A stretch of DNA of 64,000 nt from Candidatus Actinomarina sp. (GCA_038147085.1 JAYQSV010000001.1:810578-874577); one strand, 5' to 3'; counted from the stretch's first letter, positions 20,174 to 32,606 are shown. Made by a program: numbers and translations. The notes: a model not told the origin generated them from the letters alone.

Positions 20174-22024
20174 ATGACAACTGAAAATAAAACTATTGAA
20201 GCTGTACCTGCAATAACTATAAGGTTTGCTGGAGACTCTGGTGATGGTATGCAGTTGGTTGGAACTAGATTCACAGATACCTCTGCTCTTTTTGGGAACG
20301 ACTTAGCTACTCTTCCAGCTTTCCCAGCTGAAATACGTGCACCTCAAGGAACAATTGCTGGTGTATCTTCATTTCAAGTCCAGATTGCAGACTTTGACAT
20401 TTTAACTCCAGGGGATAATCCTGATGTATTGGTCGCAATGAATCCTGCTGCTCTAAAAGCACATTTAAGCGACTTAACTCCAAATGGAATGTTAATTTTA
20501 AATGAAGATGCTTTTGATGAAAAAAATATAGAAAAAGCTGGTTATAAATTAGATCCTAGAGAATCTGGTGAACTCGATGGTTACAGGGTCTTTCAAGTAC
20601 CGATGGAAAAATTAACAAAAGAGGCTTTAGAAGAGTTTGATCTGCCTGGAAGAGCAATCTTAAGATCAAAGAACATGGTTGCACTAGGTTTAATTTCATG
20701 GACATTTAATAGACCCCTTGAAGATACAGAGAATTGGATTAATGCTAAATTTAAAAAAACTCCTGAAATTGCAAATGCGAACATAAAAGCATTAAAGACT
20801 GGTTATAACTTTGGTATTACAACTGAAGCTTTTCATCATACTTATACAGTTGAAAAAGCAACTTTACCTGCAGGAGAATATACCAATATCAATGGAAATA
20901 TTGGATTAAGCTGGGGTCTAATTGCAGCAGCATCAAAAGCAAATCTAGATTTGTTTTATGGGAGCTATCCAATTACACCGGCATCAGATATTCTTCATGA
21001 ATTATCAAAACATAAAAATTTCAATGTTATTACATTTCAAGCTGAAGACGAAATTGCTGCTGCAGCTGCAACAGTTGGAGCTTCTTTTTCTGGCAAATTA
21101 GCAGTGACCGGTACAAGCGGTCCTGGATTAGCGCTAAAGAGTGAAACAATTTCATTAGCATTATCTGCAGAACTTCCTTTAGTGGTAGTAAATGTCCAAA
21201 GAGGAGGTCCTTCAACTGGACTACCGACAAAACCAGAACAATCTGACTTGTTATTCGCAATGTATGGAAGACACGGTGAATCACCACTCCCAGTTATTGC
21301 AGCAAAATCTCCATCCCATGCATTCTATGCTGCATTTGAAGCTGCAAGAATCGCACTTAAATATATGACTCCAGTAATTATTCTTTCAGACAATTATGTT
21401 GCAACTGGTTCAGAACCATGGAAGTTACCAAATTTAGATGAAATTGAAGAACTTGGAACAAATTTAACTACAACATTTAATACAGAAGATGGATTTATGC
21501 CTTTCTTAAGAGATATCCAAACTTTTGCTAGACCTTGGGCAATTCCAGGTACTCCTGGATTAGAACACAGAGTAGGTGGTCTTGAAAAAGAAGAAGGTAC
21601 AGGAAATGTTTCATACGATAGCGCAAATCATCAATATATGACTGATATGAGAGCTTGGAAAGTTGCAAACATTGCGAATGATATTGATAAATTAGAAATT
21701 CACGGAGATGAGAATGCTGATACGCTTGTTCTTGGCTGGGGTTCAACTTACGGTGCAATCACTCAAGCTGTAAATAGATTGAATGCTAAAGGAGTTAAAG
21801 TTGCAAGTGCTCATTTTGTGCATCTAAATCCATTCCCTGACAACACTTTAGAAATAGTATCTAAATATAAAAAAGTTATTATACCTGAGTTAAACACAGG
21901 CCAACTTTTGAAATTGATTAGAGAAAATTTCTTGGTTGATGCTAGAGGTATAAACAAAGTAGCTGGTGTTCCATTTACTGCACAAGAATTAGTAGATAAA
22001 ATTGAAGGGTTAATAAATGAGTAA
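20174..22024 (+). CDS. korA: 2-oxoglutarate/2-oxoacid:ferredoxin oxidoreductase, alpha subunit
   Basis: 616 aa with N-terminus RFAGDSGDGMQLVG and the fused gamma/alpha architecture typical of actinobacterial KorA. Confidence 0.88.
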   Translation: MTTENKTIEAVPAITIRFAGDSGDGMQLVGTRFTDTSALFGNDLATLPAFPAEIRAPQGTIAGVSSFQVQIADFDILTPGDNPDVLVAMNPAALKAHLSDLTPNGMLILNEDAFDEKNIEKAGYKLDPRESGELDGYRVFQVPMEKLTKEALEEFDLPGRAILRSKNMVALGLISWTFNRPLEDTENWINAKFKKTPEIANANIKALKTGYNFGITTEAFHHTYTVEKATLPAGEYTNINGNIGLSWGLIAAASKANLDLFYGSYPITPASDILHELSKHKNFNVITFQAEDEIAAAAATVGASFSGKLAVTGTSGPGLALKSETISLALSAELPLVVVNVQRGGPSTGLPTKPEQSDLLFAMYGRHGESPLPVIAAKSPSHAFYAAFEAARIALKYMTPVIILSDNYVATGSEPWKLPNLDEIEELGTNLTTTFNTEDGFMPFLRDIQTFARPWAIPGTPGLEHRVGGLEKEEGTGNVSYDSANHQYMTDMRAWKVANIANDIDKLEIHGDENADTLVLGWGSTYGAITQAVNRLNAKGVKVASAHFVHLNPFPDNTLEIVSKYKKVIIPELNTGQLLKLIRENFLVDARGINKVAGVPFTAQELVDKIEGLINE

Positions 22025-23033
22025 AATTCCAGTAACGTATAAAAGAACTGATTTCCAAAGTGATCAAGAAGTTAAGTGGTGTCCTGGATGCGGAGACTAT
22101 ACAATACTTGCATCAGTTCAGAATTTCATGACTGAACTCGGTATTAGTAAAGAAAAAATTGTATTCGTTTCAGGCATTGGATGTGCAGCAAGATTTCCAT
22201 ATTATATGAATACTTATGGAGTACATTCTATTCATGGAAGAGCACCAGCTGTTGCAACCGGAGTTTCAGTTTCTAATCCTGATCTTTCTGTTTGGGTAGT
22301 TTCTGGAGATGGAGATGCACTTTCTATTGGTGGAAATCATTTAGTTCATGCACTGAGAAAAAATGTTAATGTAAAAATTCTTATGTTTAATAACCAAATT
22401 TATGGTTTAACAAAAGGTCAATATTCTCCGACAAGCGAAGAAGGTAAAAAGACAAAATCTTCACCATTTGGATCAGTAGAAATGCCACTTAATCCTATGA
22501 GTATAGCCCTTGGTTCAGAAGCATCATTTGTTGCTCGATCTATTGATATGGATAGAGATTTAACAGCAAGTGTATTACGTGAAGCTTCTACACATAAAGG
22601 TTCGGCATTTATAGAGATATATCAAAATTGTAATGTATTCAATGACAAAGCATTTGAACAGCTAACTTCTAAAGAAGGTAAAGTTGCAAATAGAATTAAC
22701 CTAGTCCATGGACAAAAAACTGTTTTTGGTGCTAATGATGAAAAAGCTGTTGTCATTAGAAATGGTGAGGCCATCATTGTCGATACCAAAGATGTTGATG
22801 ATTCTGAAATTTATGTTCATGATATTTATAAACAAAATCCTTCAGTAGCTTTCTCTCTTTCCAGACTATCTCACGGTCCATATGGACCTACACCAGTTGG
22901 TGTTTTTAGAAAAGTGCAAAGAGACTCTTTCAATGAAGACGTTCATAAACAAATAGCTTCAGCAAAAGAACAAAAAGGCAACGGAAGTATAGACCAGTTA
23001 ATTCGTAGTCTTGGTACTTGGAACGTTAGTTAA
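22017..23033 (+). CDS. korB: 2-oxoglutarate/2-oxoacid:ferredoxin oxidoreductase, beta (TPP-binding) subunit
   Basis: WCPGCGDY and the GDGD...N TPP motif region. 8-nt overlap with korA. Confidence 0.88.
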   Translation: MSKIPVTYKRTDFQSDQEVKWCPGCGDYTILASVQNFMTELGISKEKIVFVSGIGCAARFPYYMNTYGVHSIHGRAPAVATGVSVSNPDLSVWVVSGDGDALSIGGNHLVHALRKNVNVKILMFNNQIYGLTKGQYSPTSEEGKKTKSSPFGSVEMPLNPMSIALGSEASFVARSIDMDRDLTASVLREASTHKGSAFIEIYQNCNVFNDKAFEQLTSKEGKVANRINLVHGQKTVFGANDEKAVVIRNGEAIIVDTKDVDDSEIYVHDIYKQNPSVAFSLSRLSHGPYGPTPVGVFRKVQRDSFNEDVHKQIASAKEQKGNGSIDQLIRSLGTWNVS

Positions 23034-23039
23034 AATTTT

Positions 23040-23672
23040 TTATTCGTCTAAATAATCAATCTTATCTGTAGGCATTATTATTGCAGTACTCGCATTAATA
23101 ATGTGTGAAACTATTCTCTTTTGGTATCTATAGAACAAAGTTGTTGCTACAGGGTACTGAGTCTCAACAGTCTTATTTAATAAGGCTGTAATTTTTTTAT
23201 CTAAACTTTTAGTCGTAGCTTGACCAAGAGTAATGAGATCCTGTGTCTTTGATTCATCATCAAGACTGAGACATGATTGTAGATAAACAATCATTTTACC
23301 TACATCACTTTTCAAAGCTTGAAACTCATCAGCGTGCTCACCTTTTGCAAAAGTATTTCCAGTTTCAGCAATTTCAAATAAATTCTTACAATAATCTCCA
23401 ATTCTTTCAATATCTTTAGACATTGTCATAAATGAAAGAAGCAGTGGAACATCAAGGTTTCTTGAATGAACTGCAGAATGGATAATCATCTCCCTTCTGA
23501 CAGCTTTATGCAATTTATTTATTTCCTTATCTGTAGCGTATAAGTCATCTCTTACTGCATCTAAATTTGTGTCACTTAACAAGCAGTTCATTGCTATATC
23601 GTACATTCTTGTACTTTCAGTCAACATTTGGCTTAATTTAGATTCTATTAAATCAATCGAATCTTTACTCAT
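23040..23672 (-). CDS. PhoU-family phosphate-signalling accessory protein
   Basis: PhoU-type repeat with DIERIGDYCKNLFEIAE. Immediately downstream of the Na/Pi cotransporter gene. Confidence 0.7.
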   Translation of the reverse strand: MSKDSIDLIESKLSQMLTESTRMYDIAMNCLLSDTNLDAVRDDLYATDKEINKLHKAVRREMIIHSAVHSRNLDVPLLLSFMTMSKDIERIGDYCKNLFEIAETGNTFAKGEHADEFQALKSDVGKMIVYLQSCLSLDDESKTQDLITLGQATTKSLDKKITALLNKTVETQYPVATTLFYRYQKRIVSHIINASTAIIMPTDKIDYLDE

Positions 23673-23680
23673 TTCTCTCC

Positions 23681-24817
23681 TTAATTAAATAGTACTACTC
23701 CAAGTAATGGAATAGTAACGAAAACTATTAGTACATAAAATAAAGCAACATATCTTCTTTTGGCTGTTGCAGCACTTAAAGATTTTGCAAGATTTACTGG
23801 GATGTTTCTTACTGCCTTGAAAGGATAGACAATTAATACTCCTAAAACATTAAACAAAACGTGATGTAAGGCAATCGTCAGTCCAGCAATATTATCAACA
23901 GCAAAACTAGCTAGAACTGCGGTAACAGTAGTTCCAATATTTGCTCCAAGCGTAATTGGGAATGCATTCTCAACACTTAAAATACCAGATCCAACAATAG
24001 GTACCAATATTGACGTAGTTATGCTTGAGCTTTGTACTGAAATTGTAATAAGAATACCAATTAGTATCGCAAATAAGCCCCCACCTTTAGCTAATGCTTT
24101 ATCTAAACCAAACTCTATTTGATTTAACATAATTGACTTCATATTAGAAACAACATTTTTCAAACATGTGAATATCAAAATTATTGCTAAGACTATTAGA
24201 ACAACTGCATACACTCTATAAGAGTTTTCATTTAAATCACTTAAAAATGGTATCGAGTTTATAAGATCAAGAATTTTATTTGCACCCCATTTAATTGCAT
24301 TTTTGATAGGGCTATTAGGATTGGTAGCGGAAAAACCAGTTGCGATAAAGATTTCTGTACCATATTCAGCCATTCTTGTAATGATGTTGGTATACACATC
24401 GATTGGGAAAAGTATGATAACAACTAAAAGGTTAAAAAAGTCATGCATGGTTGAAGCTGCAAATGCTCTTTTAAACTCTTGTTCTCTTCTAACATGACCA
24501 AATGATACGAGTGTGTTGGTCACTGTTGTTCCTATGTTTGCTCCCATAACAATAGGAATTGCATATTCTAAACTTAAAACTCCACTACCAACTAAACCAA
24601 CAATTGTTGAAGTAGTGACTGAAGATGACTGGACTAATACTGTAGCTAAAATTCCAACCAATAATCCAGCAAAAGGATTAGAAACTGATTCAAAAAGTTG
24701 ATCTGTATATTCTTCACCTAAAGTTTTTATTCCAGTTTCAAGAAGTTTTATAGCAATTAAAAAGAGGTACAAAAAAATAATTGCAAACGAAATATTTTTT
24801 AGCGTTTTCAATTTCAC
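23681..24817 (-). CDS. Na+/phosphate cotransporter family protein (NptA-like)
   Basis: Internally duplicated membrane domains with QSSSxTTS (VQSSSVTTSTIVG and VQSSSITTSILV) and GANIGTTVT repeats. Confidence 0.85.
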   Translation of the reverse strand: MKLKTLKNISFAIIFLYLFLIAIKLLETGIKTLGEEYTDQLFESVSNPFAGLLVGILATVLVQSSSVTTSTIVGLVGSGVLSLEYAIPIVMGANIGTTVTNTLVSFGHVRREQEFKRAFAASTMHDFFNLLVVIILFPIDVYTNIITRMAEYGTEIFIATGFSATNPNSPIKNAIKWGANKILDLINSIPFLSDLNENSYRVYAVVLIVLAIILIFTCLKNVVSNMKSIMLNQIEFGLDKALAKGGGLFAILIGILITISVQSSSITTSILVPIVGSGILSVENAFPITLGANIGTTVTAVLASFAVDNIAGLTIALHHVLFNVLGVLIVYPFKAVRNIPVNLAKSLSAATAKRRYVALFYVLIVFVTIPLLGVVLFN

Positions 24818-24879
24818 AATTAAGAGTTTATATTTTTAATAACTAAACTTTATTTTTATTTTGAAAAATATGTTTACTT

Positions 24880-25578
24880 TTAGTTAACCTTTTGAAATAT
24901 TAATTTAAAAATTGATCCAAAACCGACTGTACTCTCTATGACGATTTCAATATTATTGCGTTCAGCTGCGTGTTTTACAATAGCTAGACCTAATCCTGTC
25001 CCTCCAAGCTTACGTGATCTACCTTTATCGACTCTATAAAAACGCTCAAATATTTTTTCTTGATTTTCTAAAGATATACCACTACCAAAATCTTGAATAG
25101 AACATTCAACTGATTCATTTGTATTATTAATTTTTATAAAAACATTTTCTTCTTGTGGAGAATATTTTAGTGCGTTTCTAATAAGATTTTTTAAAGCTAC
25201 CGCAACATCATCATAGTTTGCATAAACAATTGAATTTTTAACTTTCTTATATCCAATTCGTTTCTTATTCTGTTTTGAGAGAAATGAAATTTCTTGAAGA
25301 ATAATTTCGTTTAAGTCGATATTGTCTTTATCAACCTCTTTTGATTCTAATGAAGAAAGGTCAAGTAAGTCAGTTATAAGATCATTCATTCTGTCTGAAT
25401 CTCTCATTATTTGCTCAATAAACGATTCAGCCATACCATCACTTAATTTTAAAGATTTTAACGCTGACTCTGCAGCAAGTCTAATAGATGCAATGGGAGT
25501 TTTGAGTTCGTGAGATGCGTTAGCTATAAATTCTTCTTTAATTCTTGTTAAATCTAAAAATTCGTTATCTTCAGTCAT
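24880..25578 (-). CDS. Histidine kinase consisting only of DHp and CA domains (SenX3/PhoR-like, no sensor or TM region)
   Basis: H-box SHELKTP starts at residue about 22. N (NALKYS), G1 (DFGSGI), F (FERFYR) and G2 (GGTGLGLAIV) boxes are present. The start overlaps the response-regulator stop (ATGACTGA), so no upstream exon is possible. Confidence 0.85.
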   Translation of the reverse strand: MTEDNEFLDLTRIKEEFIANASHELKTPIASIRLAAESALKSLKLSDGMAESFIEQIMRDSDRMNDLITDLLDLSSLESKEVDKDNIDLNEIILQEISFLSKQNKKRIGYKKVKNSIVYANYDDVAVALKNLIRNALKYSPQEENVFIKINNTNESVECSIQDFGSGISLENQEKIFERFYRVDKGRSRKLGGTGLGLAIVKHAAERNNIEIVIESTVGFGSIFKLIFQKVN

Positions 25579-26281
25579 TGATCTTGTAACCCACTCCTCT
25601 AACTGTTATCAAAATTTCAGGCTTTTTAGGATTTTTTTCTAACTTATCTCTAATTCTTTGAATATGTACATCTAAAGTTTTTGTACTTCCATTAAAACTG
25701 TAACCCCAAACTTTCTTAAAGAGATCTTCTCTAGAAATTATCTTTCCTGCATTCTGACAAAGAAAATATAACAATTCAAACTCTCTTGGTTTTAAATTTA
25801 CTTTACTTCCATTAAGTTTTACTTCATATCTTAAAGGTGAGATTTCAAGATTTTTTACAACTATTTTACTTAAATCTGTTTTTGTAGAGTCTATTTTAAA
25901 TTTATCTTGATCAGACCTTCTTAGTACAGCTTTAATTCTGCTTAATAATTCATTAATAGAAAAAGGTTTTGTAATATAGTCATCAGCTCCAAGTTCAAGC
26001 CCAGCTATTTTTTCATCTTCTGCATTACGTGCAGTAACTATAATTATCGGAACTTCAGATTTAGCTCTAATTGTCTTTAAAATATCTAACCCAGATACTT
26101 CTGGCAACATTATATCCAAAATTATTAAGTCAAAAAATTCTTCTTCAAATATTTCTAATGCAATTTTTCCATCATCAACATGTGTGACTTTATATTCTTC
26201 GAATTTTAAATTATATATTATTGGGTCAGCAATACTCTTTTCATCTTCAACAAGCAGTACTTTACGATTCATAATTTCCAT
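25571..26281 (-). CDS. OmpR/PhoB-family response regulator (RegX3/PhoP-like)
   Basis: Receiver domain (VLLVEDE...DLIILDIMLP) plus winged-helix C-terminus (TVRGVGYK). Confidence 0.9.
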   Translation of the reverse strand: MEIMNRKVLLVEDEKSIADPIIYNLKFEEYKVTHVDDGKIALEIFEEEFFDLIILDIMLPEVSGLDILKTIRAKSEVPIIIVTARNAEDEKIAGLELGADDYITKPFSINELLSRIKAVLRRSDQDKFKIDSTKTDLSKIVVKNLEISPLRYEVKLNGSKVNLKPREFELLYFLCQNAGKIISREDLFKKVWGYSFNGSTKTLDVHIQRIRDKLEKNPKKPEILITVRGVGYKIND

Positions 26282-26349
26282 TTAGTCAGCAAATATAATT
26301 TTATTGTATTAATTTTGCTTTGATTAGTTGATATTTTATAAATAGTTAA

Positions 26350-27180
26350 TTAAATTAGTTCAGTTTCAGAAAACCAATGTCCCCTATTGAAGGCAAGAAT
26401 ATAATTTTCATAACCAAGAAAATCTTTTTTTAAATCTTCAGGAACATTAAACCCCCACCAGTCTTTTTTAAATTGTGACCTATGTGCATGCATTGCTGCA
26501 ATTTTTGTTTCAACATATTGAGAACCATCTATTTCAACATTGATGTCTTCATGTTGACTACCTACAGGGTTAAATCTATTAAATTCTTCTTCAGAAATTA
26601 TTCCTGCTTCAAACATTTTTTCTCGTCTAGCTTGAATCTTATTCTTTGACCAAGCGCTGTAGTAAAGTCTCTCAGGAATCCATAAATCTTGACCTTCTTT
26701 GAGTGGAAATTTATCTATATCACCAGCAGCAAAATATGCAGCAGTTCCAACTCGATGAGTTTGAATGTGATCTGGATGTCCGTAACCACCAAAAGGATCA
26801 TATGTAACAAGAGCATCTGGTTTATATTTTCTAATAATGTCAACCAGTTTGCCAACAGGTCCAAAATAATCTTGTCTCCAAAATGAATCAGGATGATTAT
26901 TTTCCTCTGTCCCCATCATGCCTGAGTCTTTATAACCTAACCATTCAAATTCCTTAACTCCAAGTTCAGATAAACTAGCTTCAAGTTCTTTTCTTCGAAT
27001 TTCTGCAAGATTTGGAAATAATTCTTCAGGATTTTCATAATTATGAATCTCACCAGCAGATCCATCTGTAGCTGTAGCAACAATAACCCTGTGACCTTCT
27101 TTTGCATATTTTGCTAAAGTGACACCAGTCGAGACAGTTTCATCGTCTGGATGAGCATGAAACGCAAGTAGTGTAGGCAT
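26350..27180 (-). CDS. PIG-L family N-acetylglucosaminyl deacetylase (MshB/Mca-like)
   Basis: AHPDDE and GGYGHPDH motifs. Exact substrate not assignable. Confidence 0.7.
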   Translation of the reverse strand: MPTLLAFHAHPDDETVSTGVTLAKYAKEGHRVIVATATDGSAGEIHNYENPEELFPNLAEIRRKELEASLSELGVKEFEWLGYKDSGMMGTEENNHPDSFWRQDYFGPVGKLVDIIRKYKPDALVTYDPFGGYGHPDHIQTHRVGTAAYFAAGDIDKFPLKEGQDLWIPERLYYSAWSKNKIQARREKMFEAGIISEEEFNRFNPVGSQHEDINVEIDGSQYVETKIAAMHAHRSQFKKDWWGFNVPEDLKKDFLGYENYILAFNRGHWFSETELI

Positions 27181-27491
27181 TACAGTTCTTGAGATTGTTT
27201 AGCTAGAGCTTTGCCTCTCTCGACTGCAGATTCATGACCCTCTGCAACTTCTTCTACTAGCTCACCTAAAACTATTACTTTTTCTCCAGTGATTTGTAGT
27301 ACACCACCAGAGATAGCAAAACTAGTTCGATTGTCCTTATTCTCTATGGTCAACCCACCCGGAAGTAATGTAGCTACTGTTGGCTCGTGATTATCTAAAA
27401 TTCCAATCTCACCATTAGGTGTTCTTGAAATAACCATTGTGGCTTCACCTGTATAATAATTTTTTTCAGGACTGACAACCTCAACGTTCAT
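27180..27491 (-). CDS. atpC: F1 ATP synthase epsilon subunit (short, 103 aa)
   Basis: Position after atpD and a beta-sandwich N-terminal domain pattern. Only about 20 C-terminal residues follow it. Confidence 0.85.
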   Translation of the reverse strand: MNVEVVSPEKNYYTGEATMVISRTPNGEIGILDNHEPTVATLLPGGLTIENKDNRTSFAISGGVLQITGEKVIVLGELVEEVAEGHESAVERGKALAKQSQEL

Positions 27492-28910
<1,419 letters not shown>

Positions 28911-28922
28911 TTACTCTTCTCC

Positions 28923-29789
28923 TTATCCTGCTAAAGCTTCTGCTCCACCAACTATTTCAGAAATCTCTGTAGTTATCTCTGCTTGTCTTGCTTGATTACT
29001 TTGTCTCGACAAAATCTTAATTAAATCTTCTGCATTATCTGTTGCAGCCTTCATTGCTCTCATTCTTGATGCGTGTTCTGAAGTTGATGAGTTAAGCAAT
29101 GCAGTGAAAATAGCAGCATTTGTATAGTTTGGAATTATCTCGTTTAACACTTCTGCAGCGGAAGGTTCAAAAGTATAATTACCTTTAGTTTTTTCTTCAT
29201 CAGATGTTTTATCTTCAAAAGGTAGTAACTGTTCATAGACAGCTCTTTGGGTGATCGCAGATTTGTATTCAGTGTAAATAATTTCAATATGATGTGTTTT
29301 GCCAGAATTATATTCATCTACTAAAGGATTCATTATTGATAAAGCATTTTCAAACTTTGGCTCATCAGTAACACTTTCAAATGAACTTTTTGGATTAATA
29401 TTTCTATAGTTGAAATACCCATCTGCTTTTTTTCCTACAGTTACTATTTCAACATCTGCTCCATCAGCAAGGTATTCATTTCTTCTAGTCTCAGCAATCT
29501 TTAAGATATTTGAGTTATATGCACCAGCTAAACCCCTGTCAGAAGTTATTACAACTAAAGTAACATTCTTTTTTCCTGAAACTTCAGGAGGTTTAGGTAG
29601 ACTTCCTGAGTTAGCTAATTCTCGAATTATCTCACCTAAAATTCTTGAATAATTCTTAGATGTATTTAAACGTTGTTGAGCTTTTACTATCCTTGATGAA
29701 GCAATTAACTCCATAGCTCTAGTAATTTTTTTAGTCGACTTAACACTCTTGATACGTCGATTTATCTTTCGAAGCTCAGCACTAGCCAT
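28923..29789 (-). CDS. atpG: F1 ATP synthase gamma subunit
   Basis: Operon position and conserved termini (KITRAMELIASSR; ITTEISEIVGGAEAL). Confidence 0.95.
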   Translation of the reverse strand: MASAELRKINRRIKSVKSTKKITRAMELIASSRIVKAQQRLNTSKNYSRILGEIIRELANSGSLPKPPEVSGKKNVTLVVITSDRGLAGAYNSNILKIAETRRNEYLADGADVEIVTVGKKADGYFNYRNINPKSSFESVTDEPKFENALSIMNPLVDEYNSGKTHHIEIIYTEYKSAITQRAVYEQLLPFEDKTSDEEKTKGNYTFEPSAAEVLNEIIPNYTNAAIFTALLNSSTSEHASRMRAMKAATDNAEDLIKILSRQSNQARQAEITTEISEIVGGAEALAG

Positions 29790-29792
29790 TAA

Positions 29793-31304
29793 TTAGTCTT
29801 TCTTCTCCAATGTTTTAACAAATGCTTCAACTGCATCTTTAATTTCATCTGGTAACTCACCAGTAGTTTTAATAGTATTTAAAACTTCAGAATATCTTGT
29901 TTTTACAAACTCAATAAGTGCAGTCTCTGTTGCTGGTATATCAGCTGGTTCTACTATATCTAAGAAACCTTGTGTAACAGCATACAAAGAAACAACCTGC
30001 TCTTCCATTGGAACTGGTTTATATTGTGGTTGTTTTAGTAGTTCAACTACTCTTCTTCCACGATCTAACTGTGCTTGTGAAGCAGCATCAAGGTCAGAAC
30101 CAAACTCTGCGAAAGCTTCTAGCTCTCTAAATTGAGCTAAGTTAATTCTTAATGGACCAGAAACTTTCTTCATTGCTTTAGTTTGAGCTGCACCACCTAC
30201 TCTTGAAACTGAAGTTCCAGGGTTAACTGCAGGTCTGACACCAGAATAGAAAAGCTCAGATTCAAGATAGATTTGACCATCAGTAATTGAGATAACATTT
30301 GTTGGAATGAAAGCTGATACGTCACCAGCTTTAGTCTCAATAATTGGTAGACCGGTAAGCGATCCTCCACCTAATTCTTCACTAACTTTTGCACATCTTT
30401 CTAATAATCGTGAGTGTAGGTAAAATACGTCACCAGGATAAGCTTCTCTTCCAGGTGGTCTTCTTAGTAATAATGAAATCTGTCTATAGGCAATAGCTTG
30501 TTTTGATAAATCGTCAAAAACTATTAAACCGTGTTGACCGTTATACATCCAATGTTGCCCAATTGCTGATCCTGCATATGGTGCATACATCTGTAATGCA
30601 GCAGCAGCGGAAGCAGGAGCATTAACAATTACTGTTTTATGTAAAACTCCATGTTCTTCAAACTTTTCTACAACTTCAGCAACTGTTGATGATTTTTGAC
30701 CAATTGCAACGTAAATACATTTAACATCTGTATCTTTTTGATTAATAATTGTATCGACTGCAACTGCAGTTTTTCCTATCTGTCTATCTCCAATAATTAA
30801 CTCTCTCTGACCCCTACCAATTGGAATCATTGAATCAATAGCTTTTATACCTGTTTGAAGTGGCTCTCCTACTGGTTGTCTCTCAACAACGGATGGAGCT
30901 TGAAGTTCAAGCCTTCTTCTTTCTGTAAACTCGATAGGACCTTTGCCATCAATTGGGTTTCCTAGAGGATCTATAACTCTTCCTAAGAATCCATCGCCAA
31001 CACCTATTGAAAGAACTTCACCAGTTTGCTTAACAGGCATTCCTTCCTCAATATGATTTGAATCACCCATTAATACAACACCAATAGAGTCTTCTTCAAG
31101 GTTAAGCGCTACACCAACAAGGCCACCTGGAAATTCCAAAAGCTCTGATGCCATTACATTTTCTAAACCCTTTACCCTTGCAACACCATCAGCAATTGCA
31201 GAGACGTAGCCAACTACATCATCTTTTACTGAATCTTTCCAATCACCAAGAGATGCCTTCAGTGATTCTGAGATGGCTTTTGCGTCAATATTAAGATCGC
31301 TCAT
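29793..31304 (-). CDS. atpA: F1 ATP synthase alpha subunit
   Basis: Walker A GDRQIGKT and typical alpha-subunit sequence throughout. Confidence 0.97.
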   Translation of the reverse strand: MSDLNIDAKAISESLKASLGDWKDSVKDDVVGYVSAIADGVARVKGLENVMASELLEFPGGLVGVALNLEEDSIGVVLMGDSNHIEEGMPVKQTGEVLSIGVGDGFLGRVIDPLGNPIDGKGPIEFTERRRLELQAPSVVERQPVGEPLQTGIKAIDSMIPIGRGQRELIIGDRQIGKTAVAVDTIINQKDTDVKCIYVAIGQKSSTVAEVVEKFEEHGVLHKTVIVNAPASAAAALQMYAPYAGSAIGQHWMYNGQHGLIVFDDLSKQAIAYRQISLLLRRPPGREAYPGDVFYLHSRLLERCAKVSEELGGGSLTGLPIIETKAGDVSAFIPTNVISITDGQIYLESELFYSGVRPAVNPGTSVSRVGGAAQTKAMKKVSGPLRINLAQFRELEAFAEFGSDLDAASQAQLDRGRRVVELLKQPQYKPVPMEEQVVSLYAVTQGFLDIVEPADIPATETALIEFVKTRYSEVLNTIKTTGELPDEIKDAVEAFVKTLEKKD

Positions 31305-31305
31305 T

Positions 31306-31833
31306 CTACCTACCTTTTAGTACAGTTTTAATATCTGAAAATTTTGAAGAGAGTAGACCATCAAATGTTCTCTCTCCTACACTTACACTTAATCCACCAA
31401 GTACAGATGGATTGACTTCAACACTTAACTCAACATCTCTGCCAAGTTTATTTTTTATAGCACTCTTTAATGCTTTCTGTGTTTTATCGTCTAATTCGAT
31501 TGCACTAACAACTTTAGCCAACGAAGCTCCTCTTTTATTAGCAATAAAATTGGCAACGTTTGACTGTATATCTAATAAATTATCGGCATAACCCTGAGAA
31601 ATTGTGAGAGTTACTAAATCTACCGTTAGCGGAAGTACTCTGGAATTTAACAAATCTTGTACAGCATTTATCTTTTTTTCAACAGGAATACCAAAATTTC
31701 TAAAAACATCTAAAGCTTCTGAGCTTTCAGATAAAGATTTGAAAACTTGGAGGATTTCGTTTTCAACTCTCTCTGAATCTTTAGATGAAGAGATTATTTC
31801 GACTAAACCTTTTGAAAATGACTCAACTGACAT
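31306..31833 (-). CDS. atpH: F1 ATP synthase delta (OSCP) subunit
   Basis: Operon position between atpF and atpA. 175 aa with the C-terminal [15 protein letters not shown] pattern. Confidence 0.85.
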   Translation of the reverse strand: MSVESFSKGLVEIISSSKDSERVENEILQVFKSLSESSEALDVFRNFGIPVEKKINAVQDLLNSRVLPLTVDLVTLTISQGYADNLLDIQSNVANFIANKRGASLAKVVSAIELDDKTQKALKSAIKNKLGRDVELSVEVNPSVLGGLSVSVGERTFDGLLSSKFSDIKTVLKGR

Positions 31834-31841
31834 TATCTAAC

Positions 31842-32378
31842 TTATCCCAATTCCTTTATAAAATTATCAATTAGTTTTTGTTGATCATCTTTAGACATTG
31901 ATGATGCTACTTTTTGAGAAATTTGAAGTGAAAGTTCCGCAACTTCACCTTTCAAATCAGAAGCCAATCGCTCTTTTTCAGCTTCAGAATCAGCTTTTGC
32001 CTTCTCAACAATAGCGCTTGCTTCACTCTTTGCCTCAGCAAGTAATTCTTCTTTAATTTTTTCAGCAGCAGCTTTACCTTCATCAATAATTTTTTGAACT
32101 TCAGCATCAGCATTTGCAATAATTTTGTCATATTCAGCTTTTGATTTTTCAGCTTCTACTTTTGTGTTTTCAGCTTCTTGAATCTGACCTTCGATTGCAG
32201 CAGCTCTGTTTTCCAAAGTTACATTTAATGCAGGTAGTGCCCATTTCCAAATAAAGAAAAATACTACTGAAAATGCAGCAACACCAGCAACAAGTTCAGA
32301 AGTTGCAGGGAGAAGTAGATCTAAACCTGAGCTAGATTCTTCAGCCTCTGCTAACAAATTTTCTAAATTTAAAATCAC
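31842..32378 (-). CDS. atpF: Fo ATP synthase b subunit
   Basis: Single N-terminal TM helix followed by a long charged Ala/Glu/Lys-rich helix. Operon position. Confidence 0.85.
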   Translation of the reverse strand: MILNLENLLAEAEESSSGLDLLLPATSELVAGVAAFSVVFFFIWKWALPALNVTLENRAAAIEGQIQEAENTKVEAEKSKAEYDKIIANADAEVQKIIDEGKAAAEKIKEELLAEAKSEASAIVEKAKADSEAEKERLASDLKGEVAELSLQISQKVASSMSKDDQQKLIDNFIKELG

Positions 32379-32387
32379 TTTTTACTC

Positions 32388-32606
<219 letters not shown>

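Noticed and set aside
26282-26349. Search for Pho-box direct repeats upstream of the response regulator. Also searched for GlnR boxes upstream of gltB (15972-16075) and a Nur/Fur box between sodN and sodX.
   Set aside because: No phased repeat or palindrome resembling the published consensus sequences could be found by eye.
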